Shown: positions 1 to 12,170 of the stretch, piece by piece | Position numbering within the stretch: position 1 is the stretch's first letter | Layout: every line of letters begins with the position of its first letter | Assembly: GCA_963754875.1 (NCBI GenBank) | Contig: CAVWHO010000021.1 | Coordinates: 160,001 to 224,000 of the forward strand | Origin: Nitrospirota bacterium | GTDB taxonomy: Bacteria > Nitrospirota > UBA9217 | Direction: 5' to 3' | DNA length: 64,000 nucleotides | Translations under genes and position numbers: made by a program | Notes under the pieces: generated by a model | Told to the model about the DNA's origin: nothing | The model's input: the letters and a program-made list of their open reading frames with translations, nothing else | Database searches by the model: none

Positions 1-45
1 CCGCAACAACTAAATCGTATTTGGGCACACTTCCTCCCATCCATC

Positions 46-92
46 AAAAAACAAAAAAGGAAATAGGTTGTAGCAGTAACCTCCTATTTCCT
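46..92 (-). terminator. Intrinsic terminator after pnp
   Basis: AGGAAATAGG...CCTATTTCCT hairpin followed by T-tracts on the minus strand. Confidence 0.7.
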
Positions 93-132
93 CTCCGTCA
101 CCTGCATGCTCTCATATTAACCGTTGCTCTTA

Positions 133-2227
133 TTACGTCTTGCCTCTTTCACGCATTGCTTCTTTTCGGGAGAGACGAATCTTGCCTTGCCGGTCTATTT
201 CGAGCACCTTCACGAGGACCTCATCTCCTTCTTTCAGCTCGTCGGTCACTTTTTCGAGCCTCTTATCGGAGATCTGCGAGATGTGCAGCAGCCCGTCGGT
301 GCCGGGGAATATTTCCACAAACGCACCGAAGTCCATGATCTTCCGCACCTTGCCCATATAGATTTTGCCCGACTTCGGCTTCCTGGACAATACCACGGAT
401 GATCTCTTTGGCCTTGTTCGCTGCCGCCTCGTCTGATGATGCGATGTTGATCACGCCGCTGTCTTCAATATCGATCTTGGCGCCCGTTTGTTCGACGATG
501 CTTCTGATCACCTTGCCGCCGCTGCCGATCACATCCTTGATCTTGTCAGGGTTGATCTGCATGGTGATGATGCGAGGCGCGAAAGGATTGAGGTTCGTCC
601 TCGGCGTGGAAAGCGTCTCCAGCATCTTTCCGAGGATATGCATCCGCCCGTCTTTTGCCTGCTGAAGAGCGCGGCGCATGACCTCGATCGTGATGCCTTC
701 GATTTTCATGTCCATCTGGAGAGCGGTGATGCCCTTGCTCGTTCCGGTCACCTTAAAGTCCATATCGCCGAGGTGGTCTTCAAGACCGAGGATATCGGAA
801 AGGACTATTACCTTATCCCCTTCCTTGATGAGCCCCATGGCAATTCCGGCGACCGGCGCCTTGATCGGAACACCGGCATCCATAAGAGCGAGTGTCCCGC
901 CGCAGACCGTGGCCATCGACGAAGAACCGTTGGATTCGAGAATATCCGATACGAGCCGGATAGTATAGGGGAATTCCAGCTTGGTGGGCACCATTGCCTT
1001 GAGCGCCCGCTCTGCAAGCGCTCCGTGTCCGACTTCACGCCTGCCCGGTCCCCTGAGCGGCTTGGTTTCACCTACGCTGAAGGGCGGGAAATTGTAGTGC
1101 AGCATGAAGGTCTTGAAATATTCACCTTCAAGTGAATCGATCCGCTGTTCGTCCTCGGAAGTCCCGAGGGTGGCAACGACCAGGGCCTGAGTTTCACCGC
1201 GGGTAAAGAGTGCTGAACCGTGCGTCCGGGGCAGGAGGCCGACCACGGAGCTGATCGGCCTGATCTGGTCGGGCTTTCTGCCGTCAGCGCGGATGTTCTT
1301 TTCGAGGATGATCTTGCGGACCTCATTCTTTTCCAGGTCCAGGAAGATCGACGAGATCTGACGGCCCCGCAGGGGGTCGTCCTCCTTCTTCAGCTTCTGT
1401 TTGATCTCGTCGAGCAGGGCGTCGAGCGTCTTCTGACGCTCCATCTTGTTCGGGATAACGATTGCGGTCAGCAGGCGTTCCATGGCAAGAGCAGCCACTT
1501 GCTTGGCAAGCTCCTGATCGATCTCTACGACCTTGACGGTCCGCTTCTGTTTCCCGACCTTTGCAACCAGTTCGTTCTGAAGGGCAACAAGCTTCTTGAT
1601 CTCGCGGTGAGCTGTTTCGAGCGCCTCAAGCATCTCGTCTTCGGTCAGCTCATTCGCTCCGCCTTCCACCATCATGATGGCTTCGGCCGTGCCCGCGACA
1701 ACGAGGTTGAGACGTGTCGTCTCGAGCTCTTTCTGGCCCGGATTGATGATGAATTTGCCATCGACAAGACCGACCCGCACCGCCCCGATGGGCCCGTTAA
1801 ACGGGATATCGGAAATGGCGATCGCCGCAGATGATGCGATCATCCCCATGAGATCCATCGAGCTTTCTTCGCCGATCGAAAGCACCGACGCAATGACCTG
1901 CGTATCATAGTAATAGCCATCAGGAAACAACGGCCTGATCGGCCGGTCAATCAACCTCGATGTCAGGATTTCCTTTTCAGTCTGCCGTCCCTCGCGCTTA
2001 AAAAAACCGCCCGGGATCCTTCCGGCAGCATAGGCCTTTTCCTGGTAATCCACGGTCAACGGGAGAAAATCAACATTTTCCCGTTCTACCTTCGATGCAA
2101 CGGCCGTTGAAAGGACTACGGTATCGCCGTACTTCGCTACGACAGCACCGCCTGCCTGTTTGGCCATTAATCCGGTTTCCAGAATGAACCGTTTGCCGCC
2201 TATTTCTGTCTCTACAGTTGTTACCAT
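133..2227 (-). CDS. pnp: Polyribonucleotide nucleotidyltransferase (frameshift near 370, probably sequencing error)
   Basis: RNase PH domains ([22 protein letters not shown]), KH domain; S1 domain continues in ORF 133..396. Confidence 0.97.
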
Positions 2228-2259
2228 GAAACCTCACTTTTTAATTGTTAGCGTAATGT

Positions 2260-2523
2260 TTATTTGCGTATACCGAGCTGGTCTATGACCTGACGGTAAC
2301 GGTCCAGATCGTTTTTCTTCAAATAGTCCAGATGGCGACGCCGCTGGCCGACCATTTTCAGGAGACCTCTCCGCGAATGGTGGTCATGCTTGTGCGCCTG
2401 CAGGTGTTCCGTCAGGTGACTGATACGCCCGCTTAAAAGCGCTATCTGCACTTCCGGAGAACCCGTGTCCGTTGCGTGTCTGCGATAGGTACTGATCACG
2501 CTGGTTTTCTGTTCTTTATCCAT
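2260..2523 (-). CDS. rpsO: 30S ribosomal protein S15
   Basis: [12 protein letters not shown]...[18 protein letters not shown] motif; upstream of pnp. Confidence 0.98.
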   Translation of the reverse strand: MDKEQKTSVISTYRRHATDTGSPEVQIALLSGRISHLTEHLQAHKHDHHSRRGLLKMVGQRRRHLDYLKKNDLDRYRQVIDQLGIRK

Positions 2524-2604
2524 AACCGCACCCTCCTTTCTTAAGACATTTCTAAAGCGAGATAAAATATCATATTTACAGCATGTTGTAAAGCTATTTA
2601 TTCA

Positions 2605-3517
2605 CTATTCTAAGAAAAAACGAGCTCCGGTTTCAGCATCCCTGCTGCGACCCGCGCAAGGGCCAGCAGCCTGCCGCCTTGATCTTGAAGTCTGACGAGA
2701 TCGTTCGTTCTGTTTGCAAAAGATCCGGGACAGGGGACCTGGTTTCCGTGCATTACCCTGGCTGACTCTGCTATCGCTGACCAGGACCATCGGGAAATCG
2801 GCAAGCGCTTCGCTGGTCGAAATAAGAGCCTGTTCTCTCAGCGACGGATTCTCCATGTCTGCAAGTTTGTCGAGCGTAACAGACTGTTCAATGATGAACC
2901 GGCCGGAACGGGTTCTCACGAGACCGGTGAGGTGCGCACCCATGCCCGAGCATTTCCCCGATATCCGCACAGAGCGTCCGTATATATACGCCTTTCGAGC
3001 ATCTTACGGTAAAGCTCACGAAGGGATCGTCGTACGCCGTTAAGTGCAATATCGTAAATATTCACCTGCCGGGGTTTCAGCGGTTCCGCCTTCCCTTCTC
3101 TGGCAAGTTTATAGGACGGCACTCCCGCCACCTTTATTGCCGAGATAAGCAGGAGGCTGCTGCATGATCGTCCCGATAAACCGCCCGAAAACGTCGAGAA
3201 CCGTTTCTCTCGAGGGGGAGCATAGGCCCGAGTTTCCAAAACGCGCCCCTCCGCATCAAGCGTATCAGTCGTCACGCCAAGACGCATTAGTTGCCTGGTA
3301 TTCTTTTTCTCCGGCTTCGAGATACTGGGCGATCCTCGTTGCCTTTCCCACACAAAGAACAAGCACACCGGTTGCGAGAGGATCGAGCGTTCCCGTATGA
3401 CCGATCCGTTTTTCCTTCAGGAGAGAGCGGACTTTTTGCACGACATCGTGCGACGTCATGCCTGATCGGTTTATGGATATTAACGACGCCGTCCATCGGG
3501 ATCAGGACCTCCGTCAC
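2605..3517 (-). CDS. truB: tRNA pseudouridine(55) synthase (several frameshifts)
   Basis: MTSHDVV...[31 protein letters not shown] and [13 protein letters not shown] spread over several frames. Confidence 0.93.
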
Positions 3518-3540
3518 CGAGTTGGCACTGACGGCTTTTA

Positions 3541-4481
3541 CTACGCGTTGATGACCGTCTTTTTTACGTCTTCCAGTGCGCCGTTCACAGCGCCTCCGGC
3601 GGCATTCTTATGTCCTCCGCCGCCAAATGATTGAGCAAGACGGGAAAGGTCAATACGCCCTTTGGAGCGCAGGCTCAGTTTATACTGAGATTCTCCGGTT
3701 TGTCGGAATAGAACTGCGACCTCTACGCCTTTGACGGAGCGGACAAAATTGATAAAACTGTCGGTGTCTTCAGCCGTAGTTCCCGTCTGCCGGAACAGTT
3801 CATCGGTTACCACAACCCATGCGACCCTACCGTCCTCACTCCGCTCCATACCGGCAAGGACCGCTCCCAGGAGCTTTAACCTCCGGTAGGCAAAGGATTC
3901 ATAAACATTTTCCGTGACAAGCCACGGGTCGGCACCGGCCTCGAGCATTGCAGCGGCGATCTTCATGCTCGTCGGCTGACGTATTAGAATAGCGGAACGA
4001 TCCGGTGTCGGTAAAAATGGCGGTGTACAGACAGAGCGCGATATCACGATCGATGGCCACACCGAGCTCTTGAATAAGTTTATAGATCATCTCGCCGCAT
4101 GCCGACGCGTCGGGATCGAGCCACGTCAGGGGCCATTCACGAGGGTTCGTGACGTGATGATCGATATTAATCAGGATATCTGCGGGATACTGTCTTGTCA
4201 AAAAGACCGGTGCGGGGCGGGTCAGCGTCAACGACGATATACGCGTCGTAGCGGCCCTGCACGGGTAAACCGGTTTCGATCCTGTCGGCATGTGGCAGAA
4301 ATCGGTAAATCTCCGGCACGGGGTCGAGATTGTGCACAGTCACGGTTTTGTGCATTTTTTTCAGTGCGAGCATGAGCGCCAGCTGGGAGCCGAGGGTGTC
4401 ACCGTCCGGACTTTTATGAGCGGAGACCAAGATGGTTTTACACCCTTTGAGCGTTTTTGCAATGCGGACAGGATCACTCAT
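3541..4481 (-). CDS. nrnA: DHH/DHHA1 bifunctional oligoribonuclease/PAP phosphatase (frameshifted)
   Basis: HKSPDGD, NIDHH, TDTGSF and GGGGHKNAAG motifs in successive frames. Confidence 0.9.
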
Positions 4482-4848
4482 CCGACGAATCCTTTTTATC
4501 GTCTCTCGCATGAATGTCGCGCAAAAGTTCCATGATGTGCGCCCCCTGCTCCACGGTGCTGTCATACTTGAAAAGGAGTTCGGGGATGACCCGCATGCGC
4601 ATACGCCTGCCGAGTTCAGACCTGATAAAGGGCGTCGCGCTCTTCAATCCCTTGAGCGACTCTTCTTTGTCCCCGCCGTAGACACTCACGAAGACCTTCG
4701 CGTTCTTCAGGTCGTCTGCAATATCAACATCTATGACGGTGACAAAGCCGATGCGGGGATCTTTGATTTTGCGCATCAGGATATCTGCAATCTCCTGCTT
4801 CATCTGGTCGCTGACGCGCTCTGATCGTTTAAACGTAGGTTTGGACAT
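4474..4848 (-). CDS. rbfA: Ribosome-binding factor A
   Basis: KDPRIGFVTV...DLKNAKVFVS...PELLFKYD; synteny with infB. Confidence 0.96.
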   Translation of the reverse strand: MSKPTFKRSERVSDQMKQEIADILMRKIKDPRIGFVTVIDVDIADDLKNAKVFVSVYGGDKEESLKGLKSATPFIRSELGRRMRMRVIPELLFKYDSTVEQGAHIMELLRDIHARDDKKDSSDE

Positions 4849-4925
4849 TGTGTTTAAATGAGGAAACAGATGGCAGTCGCCAGAAGAATCGTTACTTCCG
4901 GGTTCTGTCCTCCGGCTCCAGTCCT

Positions 4926-5207
4926 TTAAAATATCTCGATATGAAAGTCCAGAAGATCTATTTCCGGGACACCTCGAACCATGTTCAGTACATGGTCCAG
5001 TGTCTGGTTAAGGTGGGCTTTGTCATTACTCACAGCGGCTACTGCCAGGGACGCCTTTTGCCAGAGATCATTGTCTTCAATTTCAGCCACGGATACGTTG
5101 AACTTGTTCCGAATCCGGTCCTTCAGGCTGCGAATCGAATGTCTCTTGGTCTTGAGCGAACCGCTTTCAGAAACATGTAATTCTATCGTACAAACGCCGA
5201 TGAACAT
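4926..5207 (-). CDS. DUF503 (YlxP-like) protein
   Basis: SLKTKR...KFNVSVAEI...DLWQ motif; between infB and rbfA. Confidence 0.9.
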   Translation of the reverse strand: MFIGVCTIELHVSESGSLKTKRHSIRSLKDRIRNKFNVSVAEIEDNDLWQKASLAVAAVSNDKAHLNQTLDHVLNMVRGVPEIDLLDFHIEIF

Positions 5208-5303
5208 AAGTCTTGGCCGCGAAACCGCCGCCTCGCCGGTACGAGCATCACACGAAGCTTTTCGCCAATCCGATCTCTGTGCTGCGGCGAAAGGACAGAG
5301 CAG

Positions 5304-7874
5304 CTACAACTTTGCCGCGACCTTGTCGATGACGAAGGCCTCAATGATGTCGCCCACCTTGATATCGTTGAAATTCTCGACGCCGATGCCGCATTCGTAT
5401 CCTGATTGCACTTCCCGAACGTCGTCTTTGAAGCGTTTCAGGGAATGGAGCTTCCCTTCGTAGATCAACACGTTGTCACGAAGCACCCTGACGCCGTCGT
5501 TTTGCCTCGTCATGACGCCGTCGATCACATACGAGCCTGCAATCGTGCCGATCTTGGATACATGGAACGTCTGGCGGACTTCCGCACGGCCCAGGATGCG
5601 CTCTTTGAGCGTCGGCTCAAGCAAGCCCTCCATGGCGGCCTTGATATCGTCGATGGCGTTATAGATGATGTTGTACAACCGAATGTCCACGCCTTCGCGC
5701 TGGGCGAGTTCGGTAGCCTTGGGCTCGGCACGGACGCTGAATCCGATGATGATGGCATTCGACGCCGCCGCCAACATGACGTCGGTCTCGGTAATGGCGC
5801 CTACGGAGCTGTGGATGACCTTGAGCTTGACCGCGGTGGTGGACAGCTTCTCGAGCGAATCCACAATAGCGCCAGCGGACCCGGACACGTCCGCCTTGAT
5901 CACGATGTTGAGTTCCTTCACCATGCCTTCCTGTATCTGGGTATGGAGGTCTTCGAGCGTCACTTTCTTCAACGAGCCCATCTCGGTGCTTCTCTGCTTT
6001 GTTTGTCTGAGCTCCGCGATCTGGCGGGCCTTGCGTTCTTCTTCGATGACCGCAAAACGATCACCTGCGAGGGGAACGCTGGAAAAACCTATGACTTCGG
6101 CCGGCATGGAAGGACCGGCGCTCTCGATCCGTTCGCCCTGATCGTTGATAAGTGCACGAACCTTCCCGAATTGGGCGCCCGTTACGAAGAAATCGCCCAC
6201 TTTGAGCGTACCTGACTGCACGAGCACTGTTGCTACGGGTCCGCGGCCGCGGTCAAGTTTGGCTTCGATGACGGCGCCGCGTGCCATTTTATCGGGGTTC
6301 GCTTTCAGTTCAAGCACGTCGGCCTGGATAAGGATCATCTCGAGCAAATGTTCGAGGCCGATCTTCTTCTTGGCCGATACCTCGCAGAAAATGGTTTGAC
6401 CGCCCCACTCTTCGGGTGTAAGCTCGAATTCCGCGAGTTCCTGCTTGACCCGGTCCGGCTTTGCATCGGGCTTGTCGATTTTATTGATAGCGACGATAAT
6501 GGGAACGCCGGCAGCTTTCGCGTGGTTGACCGCTTCACGCGTTTGCGGCATGACGCCGTCGTCTGCCGCAACAACGAGGATGACAATATCTGTTACCTGC
6601 GCGCCGCGTGCCCGCATGGCCGTGAATGCAGCATGGCCCGGCGTGTCAAGGAAGGTAATATCTCTTCCTTTCAGCGTGACCTGGTAAGCGCCGATATGCT
6701 GAGTGATCCCGCCAGCTTCCCTCGAAACAACATTGGTTTCCCGGATTGAATCGAGCAGGGATGTCTTTCCATGGTCGACGTGCCCCATGATCGTGACCAC
6801 GGGCGGTCTGGCGACCATAGTCTCGGCCGCATCGGCAACCTCTTCAAGAACGTCTTCAGCGGACTCAATGCCCGCAATCTCGGCCTTGACGCCGTATTCT
6901 TCGGCCATCAACAAGGCCGCATCCATATCCATGGGCTGGTTCTGCGTCGCCATAATGCCCATGACCATAAGCTTCTTGATGACGTCTCCCACTTTCTGGC
7001 CCATGACCTCGGCGAATTCTTTGATCGTACACCCTTCCTGGATTTTAACGACTTTTTTCCGGGGTTTCGTGATCTCCGCTACTTCGGTCTGCGGTCCACT
7101 GTGCCTGTCGTCCTTCTTATGCGGTTTCTTGCCGATAGGAAGCGTTTTCAGGTCGGGAAGCTTTTTGAAAGACGGTTTTTCTCTGAATTCACGCTCTTTT
7201 TTCTGGTCATAATCGGGCTGCTTCTTTTGCCATTTTTTCTTTGCCGGCTTGGCCGGAGCCGGGGCAAGGGAAGGCGGGACCTGCGAGGGCTCTAAAACAC
7301 GGGATCCGAAAGTCGGTTTTGTAAAAAGTCTGGCGCCAGGGCGCGGAGAGGGGCCTCCGGGTCTCCCCAGTGGCTGCTGCATCCGCGCAGCAGGAGGCAG
7401 AACATGACGTCCCCGCTCAGCCGGTTGCGGTTGCTGCTGTGCAACCGGAGGAGTCTGAGCAGACGGTACAACTTTAGGCTCTTCTGATGGAACGGGTTGA
7501 GCCGGTTTTACCTGGCCCGGCGGGGGAATGAGCGGCGGAGCTGGCATCTCGGGCTTCGGCGGTGGAATCGGTGCGGGTTTCGGTTTTGTTCCCGGTTTCT
7601 CCAGCGTAGATGAAAACTTTCCGATCAATGCGGCTGCTTTTTTCAATCGTTCTTCTTTCGAAAGGAGAGGATCAACAGTTTCTTTTTTCGTCTTTTCTTT
7701 TTCTTTTTCCTTGCGAACGGCCTTGAGCTTCTCGATCAGGGATTTCGTCTCTTTGTCGTCGAGTCCGCTGGACGCAGTTTTCCCCTTGATGCCCATCTTT
7801 TCGAGCACCGAGACAAGGTCCTTGCTCTCGACTCCCATTTTTTTTGCCAGCTCATGTACCCTGATCACGGTCAT
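5304..7874 (-). CDS. infB: Translation initiation factor IF-2
   Basis: [21 protein letters not shown] GTPase motifs; Pro-rich N-terminal linker. Confidence 0.99.
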   Translation of the reverse strand: MTVIRVHELAKKMGVESKDLVSVLEKMGIKGKTASSGLDDKETKSLIEKLKAVRKEKEKEKTKKETVDPLLSKEERLKKAAALIGKFSSTLEKPGTKPKPAPIPPPKPEMPAPPLIPPPGQVKPAQPVPSEEPKVVPSAQTPPVAQQQPQPAERGRHVLPPAARMQQPLGRPGGPSPRPGARLFTKPTFGSRVLEPSQVPPSLAPAPAKPAKKKWQKKQPDYDQKKEREFREKPSFKKLPDLKTLPIGKKPHKKDDRHSGPQTEVAEITKPRKKVVKIQEGCTIKEFAEVMGQKVGDVIKKLMVMGIMATQNQPMDMDAALLMAEEYGVKAEIAGIESAEDVLEEVADAAETMVARPPVVTIMGHVDHGKTSLLDSIRETNVVSREAGGITQHIGAYQVTLKGRDITFLDTPGHAAFTAMRARGAQVTDIVILVVAADDGVMPQTREAVNHAKAAGVPIIVAINKIDKPDAKPDRVKQELAEFELTPEEWGGQTIFCEVSAKKKIGLEHLLEMILIQADVLELKANPDKMARGAVIEAKLDRGRGPVATVLVQSGTLKVGDFFVTGAQFGKVRALINDQGERIESAGPSMPAEVIGFSSVPLAGDRFAVIEEERKARQIAELRQTKQRSTEMGSLKKVTLEDLHTQIQEGMVKELNIVIKADVSGSAGAIVDSLEKLSTTAVKLKVIHSSVGAITETDVMLAAASNAIIIGFSVRAEPKATELAQREGVDIRLYNIIYNAIDDIKAAMEGLLEPTLKERILGRAEVRQTFHVSKIGTIAGSYVIDGVMTRQNDGVRVLRDNVLIYEGKLHSLKRFKDDVREVQSGYECGIGVENFNDIKVGDIIEAFVIDKVAAKL

Positions 7875-7956
7875 AAAATCTCATCCCCCCGGCGGTTCTC
7901 AGCACTTAACAGCACTATTCAGTAAATTGCTAAATAAATTAATGCGATATTTTACT

Positions 7957-8553
7957 CTACTCATTGACATTTATCAAGCCTTTTAATCTTTGCGTCTCGT
8001 TCCAGAGCGCATCTGCAAGCCCTTTATCGAGAATCGCAATGACTCCGACCAGTTCGCGGTTGAGAATGCTCCCGTAAACATCGCGTGTAAAGAGCGTCGC
8101 GCTACGTATAGACTTGGTCACCTGTATTGTAATCTTCTCCTTGGTCCCCTCAGACAAGTCTTCAGCGTAAAGCAGGAGTTCCACCCGCCCCTTCTCGAGA
8201 GCATCCTGCACTGCTGAATATCCCGCTGCCAGTTTCCCGGCCTTCAGTGAGATGGAGAGCAGCGACTTGATCTTTTCCGTGATACTCGTCGACAACTGGG
8301 CCAAAAAATCTTCTGCATCCGGGGGGCGGATCTTGATCCGCAGGGACCTCCCCAAGGCTTCTTTGGTGAGCGCTTTTTTGATGCACTCGGTCTTCGGGCA
8401 TATATAAGCGGCGCGACCGTCCAATTTTTCACGATAATCGATGACAACACTCTCAGGACCGGCGACTATCCTGACAACGTCGTCTTTATTGAAAACCTTT
8501 TTACAGCCTATGCACGTCCGTTCCGGTTGATGTCTCATGTTCCCCGCGGGCAT
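7957..8553 (-). CDS. YlxR (DUF448)-L7Ae/YlxQ fusion RNA-binding protein
   Basis: PERTCIGC...GRAAYICP N-half; KAGKLAAGYSAVQDAL L7Ae-like C-half. Confidence 0.85.
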   Translation of the reverse strand: MPAGNMRHQPERTCIGCKKVFNKDDVVRIVAGPESVVIDYREKLDGRAAYICPKTECIKKALTKEALGRSLRIKIRPPDAEDFLAQLSTSITEKIKSLLSISLKAGKLAAGYSAVQDALEKGRVELLLYAEDLSEGTKEKITIQVTKSIRSATLFTRDVYGSILNRELVGVIAILDKGLADALWNETQRLKGLINVNE

Positions 8554-8562
8554 GAATACCGT

Positions 8563-9915
8563 TTACTTCCCGAGCAGGGCACGGGCAGACACGAGGATTT
8601 TCTGTGCCGTTTTTTCACCGATGCCCGGTACGGCAAGGATTTCTTCATCAGACATGGCCGCAATCTTTTCCACGGTGTCATAGCCCGCCGTCTTGAGCTG
8701 TTCCGCGGTCTTCTCGCCAACTCCGTCGATAGCGGTCAAATCAGCGTCTGTCATCTCGGTTCCCGGCTTTCCTTCTGTTGGCGAGGCTTCCATGGTTGCC
8801 GCCGCTTCGGTTTCCTCGGCCATCTTACGCGTCTCTTCAACAATGGCGGCCTCGATCTCTTGTTCGCGTTCTTTCTGGCGTTCCTGATCATATTCAGATT
8901 CGCTCAGGATATCGATCTTCCAACCCGTAAGTTTTGCTGCAAGCCTCACGTTCTGTCCTTTTTTGCCGATCGCGAGGGAAAGCTGGGTATCAGCGACCAC
9001 GGCGAGAGCTGAGCGGTCTTCCTCGGTTACGCCGACCTTTTCAACAACGGCGGGGCTCAATGCCTTCGCGATAAAGATGCGAGGATCTTCGGACCAGGGA
9101 ATGATATCAATCTTCTCTCCCCGCAGTTCGCGGACTACGGCCTGCACACGCGAGCCTTTCATGCCGACGCAGGCACCGACTGGATCGACCTGCGATTCCT
9201 TGGAGGAAACAGCGATCTTTGTGCGGTCACCTGCCTCGCGGACAACACCTTTGACCTCGACAATGTTCTCATAGATTTCGGGCACTTCCATCTCGAACAG
9301 CCGCGCGACGAAATCCGGATGAGCGCGGGAAAGCACCACTTGCGGCCCCTTCGACGTGTCACGCACTTCCTGCACGTAAGCGCGGACACGGTCTCCCCTG
9401 CGGTAGCTCTCGCGGGGCACCTGTTCGCGCGCGGGCAGCACCGCCTCGGTCTTTCCCAGATCGATGTAGTAAGCGCCCTTCTCATGACGCAGCACAATGC
9501 CGTTCACAAGCTGGCCGATTTTGTCGTTGAACTCTTTGAATATGACATCACGTTCAGCCTCGCGCACCTTCTGCACAATGACCTGGCGCGCGGTCTGCGC
9601 CGCGATCCTACCGAACCCCTGGAACTCAACCTGAAGCGGGACCTCGCCGTCCATTTGCGCTTCGGGATAGAGCGTCTGGGCCTCTTCCAGCGTTATTTCT
9701 TCATCGGGGTTCGCCACGTCCTGCACGACCTTTTTATAGGCATACATGACGATATCGCCCCGCTTCGGGTCGATCTGCACCGCGATCCGCTGCGCCCCGT
9801 ACTTTTTCTTGGCAGCGCTCACGAGTGCCGATTCAACGGCTTCGATCACCATTTCCTTGGATATTCCCTTTTCTTTGCTGATCTGGTCTATCACATGAAT
9901 CAATTCCTGACTCAT
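8563..9915 (-). CDS. nusA: Transcription elongation factor NusA with C-terminal HhH repeats
   Basis: FGRIAAQTARQV, DPVGACVGMKGSRV, AIGKKGQNVRLA; start taken at MSQELI after AGGAG. Confidence 0.98.
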   Translation of the reverse strand: MSQELIHVIDQISKEKGISKEMVIEAVESALVSAAKKKYGAQRIAVQIDPKRGDIVMYAYKKVVQDVANPDEEITLEEAQTLYPEAQMDGEVPLQVEFQGFGRIAAQTARQVIVQKVREAERDVIFKEFNDKIGQLVNGIVLRHEKGAYYIDLGKTEAVLPAREQVPRESYRRGDRVRAYVQEVRDTSKGPQVVLSRAHPDFVARLFEMEVPEIYENIVEVKGVVREAGDRTKIAVSSKESQVDPVGACVGMKGSRVQAVVRELRGEKIDIIPWSEDPRIFIAKALSPAVVEKVGVTEEDRSALAVVADTQLSLAIGKKGQNVRLAAKLTGWKIDILSESEYDQERQKEREQEIEAAIVEETRKMAEETEAAATMEASPTEGKPGTEMTDADLTAIDGVGEKTAEQLKTAGYDTVEKIAAMSDEEILAVPGIGEKTAQKILVSARALLGK

Positions 9916-10026
9916 AGGTCTTTCTCCTCCTGACAAAATCTTCATGAATAAAAAAGTATGCGCCCCGTCTGTGGAACTATCTGCACGTACCATACAGGGG
10001 TGCGACAATAAAAATCTATAATTCTA

Positions 10027-10488
10027 TTAAAAAACCACCTCAAGAGCGGCCTTTGCAATATCGCGGAGCGGAATTTCCATTATCATCCCCGTTTCAAGCT
10101 CCACTTTTACTATTTCATTGGCCAGGCCGAGCAACTTGCCATGAAACACTTTCTGGCCGTTCATCTGCTGGTACGTTTTCACTTTGACTGCGCTACCCGC
10201 GAAACGGATATAGTGCTCGGGCTTAGACAACGTGCGATCCAACCCGGGAGAAGAGACCTCCAGAGTGTACGCGTGAGGAATGATGTCCTCCACATCCAGC
10301 AGCGCGCTTAAATCCCTGCTCACGGCCTCGCAATCATTCAGCGTGACACCTGGAGCCTCCCGGTCGATATAGACCCTCAGCAACCATTTCGGCCCTTGCT
10401 TTTGGAATTCCAGGTCCCAGAGGGAGAGCCCGAGCGATTCCAGAATCGGTTCAAGTAGCTGCCGGATCTGCTTATCCATATCGGCCAT
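10027..10488 (-). CDS. rimP: Ribosome maturation factor RimP
   Basis: LRVYIDR...DCEAVSR...YTLEVSSPGLDR. Confidence 0.96.
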   Translation of the reverse strand: MADMDKQIRQLLEPILESLGLSLWDLEFQKQGPKWLLRVYIDREAPGVTLNDCEAVSRDLSALLDVEDIIPHAYTLEVSSPGLDRTLSKPEHYIRFAGSAVKVKTYQQMNGQKVFHGKLLGLANEIVKVELETGMIMEIPLRDIAKAALEVVF

Positions 10489-10500
10489 GATTCCCCCCAA

Positions 10501-10533
10501 ATAAAAAGAGTGGGCAATGAAAATGCCCACTCT
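10501..10533 (-). promoter_or_regulatory. Terminator-like leader hairpin upstream of rimP
   Basis: AGAGTGGGCA-7nt-TGCCCACTCT followed by TTTT just before the rimP RBS. Confidence 0.65.
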
Positions 10534-10686
10534 AAAAGGAATTTCCCAGAGTGTTGTTCTATTTTTAACACAGAGAAGATGGGAATGCAAGAAAAAAGTG
10601 CACGGATCAAGCTTTTTGCAGACTACTCGCGCATGGCAGGCAGAGCACCGGCTAGGAGCGGGCGCAGTAAATGGGGCAGGAAACGG

Positions 10687-11661
10687 CTATTTGTTAAGCA
10701 GGGCTGCCGCCTCTTTGGCGAAATAGGTGAGGATGATGTCGGCGCCGGCCCGCTTCATGGCGATGAGCGACTCCATCATGACGCGATCACCGTCGATCCA
10801 GCCCATTTTGGCCGCGGCTTTGACCATGGAGAACTCGCCGCTCACGTTGTAGGCGGCAACAGGAAGGTTGAAGTTCTGCTTAACCTGGTAGATGATGTCC
10901 AAGTACGCGAGCGCTGGTTTCACCATCACGATGTCCGCGCCTTCGTCGACGTCCAGGGCAACTTCACGCAGCGCCTCGCGGCTGTTCGGGGCGTCCATCT
11001 GGTACGAACGGCGGTCTCCGAATTGGGGCGTTGACTCTGCTGCTTCACGGAAAGGACCGTAGAAGCTCGATGCGTACTTGGCGGCATAGGCCATGATCGG
11101 CGTATCGTGATACCCTTCGCTGTCGAGCATGTGCCGGATGGCGCCGACCCGGCCGTCCATCATGTCCGAGGGCGCGACCATGTCTGCGCCTGCTTTGGCA
11201 TGGGAGAGCGCTTCCCTGGCCAGAAGTTCGAGCGTGGCATCGTTCTGGACCACACCGTTTTTGATCACGCCGCAGTGGCCGTGGCTGGTGTATTCGCAGA
11301 GACACACATCGGTAATGACGATCAGTTCCGGAAGTTTGTTCTTGATCGCCTTAATGGCGTGCTGGACAATGCCTTCGTCGGAGTAGGCCTCGCTTCCGAC
11401 CTCGTCCTTATGCGCCGGAATGCCGAAGAGAATGACGGCGGGGATGCCGAGCTTCTTGATCTCCTCGCAGTCCTTCACGAGGTTGTCGATGGACTGCTGG
11501 TAGTTGCCGGGCATGGAGCTGATCTCTTTTTTTACGCCCTTGCCGTGGGTCACGAAGAGCGGATAAATGAAATCGTCGGGGGAAAGCTTCGTCTCCCGCA
11601 CCATGCGCCGGATGTTCTCGTTGGCCCTGAGCCGTCTTGGACGATATAAAGGTTGAAACAT
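10687..11661 (-). CDS. hemB: Porphobilinogen synthase
   Basis: [34 protein letters not shown]. Confidence 0.99.
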   Translation of the reverse strand: MFQPLYRPRRLRANENIRRMVRETKLSPDDFIYPLFVTHGKGVKKEISSMPGNYQQSIDNLVKDCEEIKKLGIPAVILFGIPAHKDEVGSEAYSDEGIVQHAIKAIKNKLPELIVITDVCLCEYTSHGHCGVIKNGVVQNDATLELLAREALSHAKAGADMVAPSDMMDGRVGAIRHMLDSEGYHDTPIMAYAAKYASSFYGPFREAAESTPQFGDRRSYQMDAPNSREALREVALDVDEGADIVMVKPALAYLDIIYQVKQNFNLPVAAYNVSGEFSMVKAAAKMGWIDGDRVMMESLIAMKRAGADIILTYFAKEAAALLNK

Positions 11662-11771
11662 GAGCTCTCCTGGTTTAATTACGGCTCAGATCGCAACGCA
11701 CAGACTTCTGCGTGGAGCAAAGTATTCTTAGCTGCAGCCGCAACCGCCGGAACCGCAGCCACTGCCCGTGA

Positions 11772-12116
11772 CTATCCATGGCTGTGATCCGACTCTTCTC
11801 CACCGCAACCGCAGCTGCCGCCGGCCGGTGCGCCGTTCGGAAAGCCGATAACAAAGCCTTCACCGCGTTCGTCGCTGATGAACCCGAGCTCAGCGCCGTC
11901 AAGAGTCTTGGACGTCGATTCGTCGACAAAGAGCTTGGCGCCGTTCTTTTCAACCACGCTGTCGCCGTCGCCCGTCTTGTCGTCGATCATGATCTCGTAG
12001 GAAGGACCGCAGCATCCGCCGCTGGCTGCCGATACCCGCAAGGCATGATTCGGAACGCCCTCTGCCTTCAATATTTCTTTGATTTTGTCTGCTGCCACAT
12101 CTGAAATGGTAATCAT
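11772..12116 (-). CDS. HesB/IscA-family Fe-S cluster assembly accessory protein
   Basis: ITISDVAA...GGCCGPSY...SCGCG. Confidence 0.88.
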   Translation of the reverse strand: MITISDVAADKIKEILKAEGVPNHALRVSAASGGCCGPSYEIMIDDKTGDGDSVVEKNGAKLFVDESTSKTLDGAELGFISDERGEGFVIGFPNGAPAGGSCGCGGEESDHSHG

Positions 12117-12170
12117 ACTGTCTCCTTTTTTGTACGACGAAGACACGAAGGTGTTTTTGTCGTGAATGCG

